32,000 nucleotides of DNA from assembly GCF_000981785.2 (NCBI RefSeq), contig NZ_CP011304.1, positions 3,930,001-3,962,000 of the forward strand, written 5' to 3'. The DNA is from Microcystis aeruginosa NIES-2549. Lineage in GTDB: Bacteria > Cyanobacteriota > Cyanobacteriia > Cyanobacteriales > Microcystaceae. The translations under genes and the position numbers were made by a program. The notes beneath the pieces are model-generated. The model did no database searches. It was not told the origin of the DNA and was given only the letters and a program-made list of their open reading frames with translations. Shown here piece after piece: positions 26,970 through 32,000 of the stretch (its first letter is position 1; each line of letters opens with the position of its first letter).

Positions 26970-28769
26970 ATGAAAAAGCTTAAGCAATACTGGACTGCTG
27001 AAGCACTGGAAAAAGACTTAGGCGATCCTCTCAATCCCGATAACCCTCTATCCTACAAGCGGGTGATCGAAATTGACGAGAGCGAAGAATTTCCCCACGA
27101 GGAAATTCGCTGGTTATACGACTGGAAACTCCAACACTACTACATTCCCACCGATTGCGGCGGTGAATTCACCTCTTTTGAGGAATTTGTCGCTTTTGTG
27201 CGGGTACTTTCTCGACGGGATCAAACTATCGGCATCGCTTTTACTACCCTATTCTGGTCGTTTTTAAACTGGATGGCGGGAACCCCAGAACAGAAACAGA
27301 AGCTCGCCCGTTTTATCATGGATGACTATGGGGCGATGTGTCTGGGTTACTCGGAAAAGGAACACGGCAGCGATCTGATCAATGGTGATCTGACCGCGAC
27401 GAAGGTGGAAGGAGGTTATATTCTCAATGGGGAGAAATGGCCGATTAACCGGGCGACTATCTCTGGAGTTTCCTTTATTTTGGCGAAAACCGATGCTAAC
27501 GGCGGGCCAAAGTGTTTAACCCTATTTATGGTAGATAAACGGCAATTAGACCCCGAAAAATACTATAATTTGCCGAAAATATACACCCATGGCGTGCGCG
27601 CCTCGGATATGAGTGGCATTGGTTTTAAAGATTGTTTCGTCCCCGATTCCATGCGTTTACGCGAGGAGGGAGACGGTTTAGAATTAGCCCTGAAAGGTTT
27701 CCAGATTACCCGAATGTTGTGCGCGGCTTTTTCCCACGGGGCAGCCGATACCGCTTTGAGAACTACCCTCGGTTTTGCCGTTAATCGGGTAATTTATAAC
27801 AAAACTGTGATGGATTTGCCCCAACCCCGGCGCACTCTCGTGGATGCTTTCCTTGACATCCTTATTTGCGATTGCGAGACGATTCCGGCCGCGAGAGGTT
27901 TTCATATTATCCCCGAACAGTTTAGCGTCTGGGCTTCGGTGGTAAAATATTTTGTCACCGTCCGTCTGGAGGAGATGGTTAATAGTGTTTATGTGGTCTT
28001 GGGGTCGCGTTTTTATATGCGAGAAGAACACGAATTCGGCATCTTCCAGAAGCTACTGCGGGATAATTCGATTATCAGTATGTTTGACGGCAGTTCCATC
28101 GTCAATCTTCATGCTTTAATCCTACAATTGCGTCCTTTAACTAAATATCGGGCTAAACGCAACTCGCGCACCATGTCGGCGTTAAAAAGCCGTTTAGAGG
28201 CGATTTTTAGCCTAGAAAAGTCAGTTCCTCCCTTTGAACCCAATAATTTAGAATTATTTGGCCGGGGAATGGATGATTCCCTACAGGGTTTAGAGATTGC
28301 CCTTGATATGCTAGAAGGATTGAAAGATTCTCAGGAGGTGGACCCGGAAGTATTAGAAAATCTATTGATGTTGGGTAATTTAGTTTTAGAGGAACTAAAT
28401 GCTCACGATGAACAGATTAGTCAATCGAAATTCGAGTATGGTCACGACCAATCACCCGAATTGTTCGAGATTGCCAAGAAATACTGTACTTTACACGCTG
28501 CTTCCGCTTGTTTACACACTTGGCTTTATAATCGTTCCATCTTGGGTGAATTTTTTGCCCGGGGGGAATGGTTGGTGTTGAGTTTACACCGATTACTGCG
28601 AACTCTGCGGCCGCTGCCTTACACTCTGTCTGAGGTGTATGTAGAAAATGTTGCCCAAGAATTGCTGAAATTATATCGAGAAAATCAACATTTTTCGATC
28701 GTGCCTTTTCAATTAGCCCCTTCACAAACTACCGAGGAAAAAACCCATGAACTCCAACTCCAATCTTAA
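26970..28769 (+). CDS. acyl-CoA dehydrogenase-fold protein with long C-terminal extension (possible acyl-carrier-protein dehydrogenase)
   Basis: 599 aa. ACAD middle-domain motif MCLGYSEKEHGSDLINGDLTATKVEGGYILNGEKWPINRAT. The C-terminal helical domain has ...LLRDNSIISMFDGSSIVN where canonical ACADs have ..YEGT.EI. About 190 extra residues follow. Confidence 0.75.
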   Translation: MKKLKQYWTAEALEKDLGDPLNPDNPLSYKRVIEIDESEEFPHEEIRWLYDWKLQHYYIPTDCGGEFTSFEEFVAFVRVLSRRDQTIGIAFTTLFWSFLNWMAGTPEQKQKLARFIMDDYGAMCLGYSEKEHGSDLINGDLTATKVEGGYILNGEKWPINRATISGVSFILAKTDANGGPKCLTLFMVDKRQLDPEKYYNLPKIYTHGVRASDMSGIGFKDCFVPDSMRLREEGDGLELALKGFQITRMLCAAFSHGAADTALRTTLGFAVNRVIYNKTVMDLPQPRRTLVDAFLDILICDCETIPAARGFHIIPEQFSVWASVVKYFVTVRLEEMVNSVYVVLGSRFYMREEHEFGIFQKLLRDNSIISMFDGSSIVNLHALILQLRPLTKYRAKRNSRTMSALKSRLEAIFSLEKSVPPFEPNNLELFGRGMDDSLQGLEIALDMLEGLKDSQEVDPEVLENLLMLGNLVLEELNAHDEQISQSKFEYGHDQSPELFEIAKKYCTLHAASACLHTWLYNRSILGEFFARGEWLVLSLHRLLRTLRPLPYTLSEVYVENVAQELLKLYRENQHFSIVPFQLAPSQTTEEKTHELQLQS

Positions 28770-29109
28770 TAATCTCGTACAAAATTGGTTAGTTAAACAG
28801 TTGGCCGATCAGTTGTCTTTGGATGCAAAAACAATTAATGTGACTGAACCTTTAACCCGTTATGGTTTAGATTCGATCGATGCGGTAACGATGGTGGGTG
28901 ATCTGGAAGATTGGGTCGGTCAAGAGTTACCTTCCACCCTTTTCTGGGATCATTCTACTATTGAAAAAGCGTCTCTTTTCCTAGTAGAAAACTACGATCT
29001 TTCTAATCTTTCCGGTGAGGAAACCCCCGCAGAAGTTGCTCCCGTCGCTGAAAAAGCCGAACCGGCCGTTAGTGGTGGCAAGGGTTGGAGTTTATTCGGT
29101 CGTCGTTAA
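28747..29109 (+). CDS. acyl/peptidyl carrier protein (phosphopantetheine-binding)
   Basis: LTRYGLDSIDAVTMVGDLEDW holds the (G)LDS phosphopantetheine attachment motif. The ATG overlaps the end of the upstream ACAD-like gene by 23 nt. The C-terminal tail is Ala/Pro/Glu-rich. Confidence 0.8.
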   Translation: MNSNSNLNNLVQNWLVKQLADQLSLDAKTINVTEPLTRYGLDSIDAVTMVGDLEDWVGQELPSTLFWDHSTIEKASLFLVENYDLSNLSGEETPAEVAPVAEKAEPAVSGGKGWSLFGRR

Positions 29110-29125
29110 TTATCAGTGATCAGGT

Positions 29126-29194
29126 GTAGGGTGGGTTAGGCGACGACAATTTATGCTAGGGAAAATTATCTAGTATTCGCCGTAACCCACCTAT
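29126..29194. repeat. MITE-like inverted repeat
   Basis: GTAGGGTGGGTTAGGCGA (29126-29143) and TCGCCGTAACCCACCTAT (29177-29194) are imperfect inverted repeats of the GTAGG..GGGTTA type seen at 1183-1248. It is preceded by TTATCAGTGATCAG directly after the stop codon. Confidence 0.55.
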
Positions 29195-29387
29195 ATTAGT
29201 TATCAATTGGCTCTGTTCTCTACTCACCAGTATAGGAATTGCTAAGTACCTAAACAAAATTAATTACCCATTTCTCCGTAAAGCAACAATCGCTGTATTT
29301 CTTTTCTGTTGCCCGTTCCGCAGTTCTGGAGTTCCCTCTCACCACTAGGAAATTTATTTTGTACGACTACTTATAAATTGAAATATA

Positions 29388-29419
29388 CAAAAAAGGGCGA
29401 TCAATTGATCGCCCTTTTC
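29388..29419. terminator. bidirectional intrinsic terminator between the carrier-protein gene and ctaE
   Basis: The perfect 20-nt palindrome GGGCGATCAATTGATCGCCC (29395-29414) is flanked by an A-run (29389-29394) and a T-run (29415-29418). It lies 20 nt downstream of the ctaE stop. Confidence 0.75.
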
Positions 29420-29438
29420 TCCTACTAAATAACAAAAA

Positions 29439-30062
29439 TTAGCGTAAGATATACACCAGTAAAAACAGGATAATCCAGACCACATCGACGAAATGCCAGT
29501 ATAATTCTGCTGCTTCCACACCAAAGTGAGATTGACTAGAATAGTGGTCTTTTTGACGAGAACGCCAGAGGACAGATAGAATCAGCACTAAACCAAAAGT
29601 AACGTGGAGACCGTGGAATCCGGTTAAGGCATAAAAAGCGCTGGTGAAAACATTAGTTGTCAGACCGAATTCAGCGTGATAATATTCGTATCCTTGACCA
29701 CAAAGGAAGATAATTCCCATCAGGGCAGTAATGCCGAACCACAATTGTAAACCGGCATTATTGTTTTGTTTAATCGCCTTTTGTCCTATGTGCATAACAA
29801 AACTACTGGACACCAGAATAATCGTGTTAATTGTCGGTAGGGTTAACTCTAATTCTGGCGTGCCGGCGGGGGGCCAAACGGGTAACATGGTACGGTAGAA
29901 CAAGAAAGCGGCAAATAAGCCTAAAAAGATGGAACTTTCCGCCACTAGAAACAGAACCACACCGAATAAGCGATGATCTGGGTGGCCATGATGTCCGTGT
30001 TCCACCGTTTCCTGATGATAATTGACAGAGAGTTGAGAATCTTCGAGCGTTGAACCTTGCAT
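29439..30062 (-). CDS. ctaE: cytochrome c oxidase subunit III
   Basis: 207 aa and multi-TM. It carries FYALTGFHGLHVTFGLVLI and AELYWHFVDVVWI, which are subunit III signatures. Confidence 0.92.
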   Translation of the reverse strand: MQGSTLEDSQLSVNYHQETVEHGHHGHPDHRLFGVVLFLVAESSIFLGLFAAFLFYRTMLPVWPPAGTPELELTLPTINTIILVSSSFVMHIGQKAIKQNNNAGLQLWFGITALMGIIFLCGQGYEYYHAEFGLTTNVFTSAFYALTGFHGLHVTFGLVLILSVLWRSRQKDHYSSQSHFGVEAAELYWHFVDVVWIILFLLVYILR

Positions 30063-30136
30063 AATTGAATATCCTTAGTTTACACGGGAGACGGGGAGCT
30101 TTTTCTCAGTGTTGCCAAAGGCACGGCGTAGCCGTC

Positions 30137-30227
30137 CAGTAAACAGTAAACAGTAATCAGTGAACTGAAAACTCACATCTGATAACTGATAACTGATAAC
30201 TGATAACTGATAACTGATAACTGATTA
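30137..30227 (-). repeat. heptamer array (CTGATAA)n with conserved leader, between ctaD and ctaE
   Basis: (CAGTAAA)-type units and the leader GAAAACTCACAT are followed by six exact CTGATAA units (30179-30220). The degenerate unit CTGATTA contains the ctaD stop complement (30225-30227). Confidence 0.9.
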
Positions 30228-31901
30228 TTGCGATTCCGCACCCACTTCAGCGAGGAGATCTTGTACTGATTCCGCTGCTTCTGATTCTTCCATATCAATA
30301 CCGTAATCGTAGGGGCCGGACCAAAGAATCGGCATTTCCTCGAAATTCTCGATAATTGGGGGAGAGGAAGTTTGCCATTCTAGGGTTAAAGCGCGCCAAG
30401 GATTACGACCGGCGGGTTGACCTTTAAAGGCACTCCAGACCATATTAATAGCGAAGGGAATACTTGATATACCGAGAATATAAGCCCCTGCGGTACTAAG
30501 AACATTTAAACCCTGAAACTGCACATCATACAGGGCAATACGACGGTTCATACCCAATAATCCCAATTCGTGCATCGGCATGAAAGTTAAATTCAAACCG
30601 ATAAAAGTGAGAACAAAGTGGATACGACCGAGAGTTTCGTTATACATCCGTCCGGTCATTTTCGGGAACCAATGGTAAACGGCCGAAAACAGGGCCATTG
30701 CCGTACCACCAAATAGTACATAATGGAAGTGACCGACGACAAAATAGGTATCGTGGACGTGGATATCGAAGGGAACAGAAGCCAACATAATCCCAGTCAA
30801 ACCACCGATGAGGAAAGAAGACAGGAAACCAATCCCAAATAACAAAGACGTATTGAGACTGAGTTTACCCCCCCAAAGGGTGGCACACCAACTAAAGATT
30901 TTAATGCCCGTGGGAACGGCGATTAACATGGTTGCCGCCATGAAAAACATCCGTAACCAGCCGGGGGTGCCGCTGGTGAACATATGGTGGGCCCAAACAA
31001 TTAAACCCAAGAAACAGATGGTGAGACTGGAATAGGCGATCGCTCGATAACCAAAAATCGGTTTACGCGCGTGAACCGGTAATATCTCCGATATCGTGCC
31101 GAAAAAGGGCAAAATCATGATATAAACAGCAGGATGGGAGTAAAACCAGAACATATGCTGATAAACCACCGGATCGCCGCCCCCGGCGGGATTAAAAAAG
31201 CTCGTGCCAGCGATTAAATCAAAGGATAAGAGAACGAGAGCAGAAGCGAGAACGGGGGTGGAAAGCAGTACCAGAGTCGAGGTGGCCAGCATTGCCCAAC
31301 AAAATAGCGGCATACTGTACAAATCCATCTCAGGAATCCGCATTTTCAGGATCGTGGTGATGAAATTAATCGAGCCTAAAATCGAGGAAGTCCCGATCAA
31401 TAAAAGGCTCAAAATCCACAATTCTTCCCCCCATTTGCCGCTAATTAAGCTTAAAGGTGGGTAGGAAGTCCAACCGGACTGGGGGGCGCCGACAAAGAAA
31501 CTGGATAACAATAGCAGCCCGCCGGGGGGGTTAAGCCAGAAAGCCACAGCGTTAAGACGAGGAAAAGCCATATCTTCCGCCCCAATCATCAGGGGAATGA
31601 GATAATTGGCAAAACCTGCCCCAACCGGAACGATCCAAAGAAAGATCATGATCGTTCCGTGCATGGTCATGAATTGGTTATATAGTTCCGGGGAGACAAA
31701 ATCGGGGTCGGGAGTGGCTAATTCTGTCCGCAGCACTTCCGCGAAAGCACCGCCAATAAAGAAGAAAAGAAAGGCAGTCACCAGATATTGAATACCGATG
31801 ACTTTATGATCGGTGCAGAAAGTGAAGTAATCAGTCCACTTGCGGTGATGGATCACCTCGGGAACGGTTGCTGGGGTGGTTATTTCCGTTGATGCTGTCA
31901 T
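30225..31901 (-). CDS. ctaD: cytochrome c oxidase subunit I
   Basis: 558 aa with haem-copper oxidase motifs: WFYSHPAVYIMILPFFG, VWAHHMFTSG and FVVGHFHYVLFGG. Confidence 0.97.
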   Translation of the reverse strand: MTASTEITTPATVPEVIHHRKWTDYFTFCTDHKVIGIQYLVTAFLFFFIGGAFAEVLRTELATPDPDFVSPELYNQFMTMHGTIMIFLWIVPVGAGFANYLIPLMIGAEDMAFPRLNAVAFWLNPPGGLLLLSSFFVGAPQSGWTSYPPLSLISGKWGEELWILSLLLIGTSSILGSINFITTILKMRIPEMDLYSMPLFCWAMLATSTLVLLSTPVLASALVLLSFDLIAGTSFFNPAGGGDPVVYQHMFWFYSHPAVYIMILPFFGTISEILPVHARKPIFGYRAIAYSSLTICFLGLIVWAHHMFTSGTPGWLRMFFMAATMLIAVPTGIKIFSWCATLWGGKLSLNTSLLFGIGFLSSFLIGGLTGIMLASVPFDIHVHDTYFVVGHFHYVLFGGTAMALFSAVYHWFPKMTGRMYNETLGRIHFVLTFIGLNLTFMPMHELGLLGMNRRIALYDVQFQGLNVLSTAGAYILGISSIPFAINMVWSAFKGQPAGRNPWRALTLEWQTSSPPIIENFEEMPILWSGPYDYGIDMEESEAAESVQDLLAEVGAESQ

Positions 31902-31930
31902 AATACCAAGATTTTAGATGACAAGAAAAA

Positions 31931-32000
31931 TTACATTTGCTGCTGATGGGCAACTTGGGCGAGGATTTCAGCGTCGATGCCCATTTCTTCGGTGTAGGGG
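31931..32000 (-). CDS. ctaC: probable cytochrome c oxidase subunit II, 3' end only
   Basis: The minus-strand frame is open from the window edge to TAA (complement at 31931-31933) and reads ...PYTEEMGIDAEILAQVAHQQQM*. The call rests on the conserved ctaC-ctaD-ctaE order, not on the 23 visible residues. Confidence 0.45.
   Translation of the reverse strand, partial: PYTEEMGIDAEILAQVAHQQQM

Overview
The window is cyanobacterial chromosomal DNA. It carries HIP1 GCGATCGC sites (e.g. 1740-1747, 4623-4630, 18047-18054), photosynthesis and respiration genes, a PEP-CTERM protein and heptamer repeats. The repeat families look Microcystis-like, but that is an impression and was not tested.

Core genes I can support: thrC (3' end), hisB, a TonB-like proline-rich protein, an Hlip gene, dapF and divergent hfq, a GT4 glycosyltransferase, a GPH/MFS transporter, chlH, a PEP-CTERM protein, a DUF1460 amidase-like protein, lpxC, bamA/Omp85, an Hpt-domain protein, an acyl-CoA-dehydrogenase-like gene coupled to a carrier-protein gene, and ctaE-ctaD-(ctaC end). 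I found no tRNA, rRNA or CRISPR array.

The core genes are interrupted by decaying mobile DNA:
- An IS66-family element (5722-7285) has GTAA-terminated inverted repeats, a broken transposase and no target-site duplication.
- That IS sits inside the 3' remnant of a group II intron (HNH-tail remnant, domain V and domain VI, 7286-7679).
- The IS also contains a 334-nt structured non-coding block of unknown identity (6912-7245).
- Two complementary halves of an IS630-type element lie in mutually inverted orientation 14.7 kb apart.
- MITE-like double hairpins, G6/C6 hairpin repeats and strand-locked heptamer arrays follow stop codons.

I did not recognise a complete, clearly novel multi-gene system. 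The best candidates for follow-up are:
- the structured RNA-like block inside the IS66 element;
- the accessory patch at 13.7-15.3 kb, which holds an orphan HicB-like gene with a non-HicA partner and a small-protein plus DUF2335 pair;
- the stand-alone ACAD-like plus carrier-protein pair at 26970-29109.

All family assignments come from motif recognition by eye, not from database searches. Coordinates of non-ORF features may be off by 1-2 nt.
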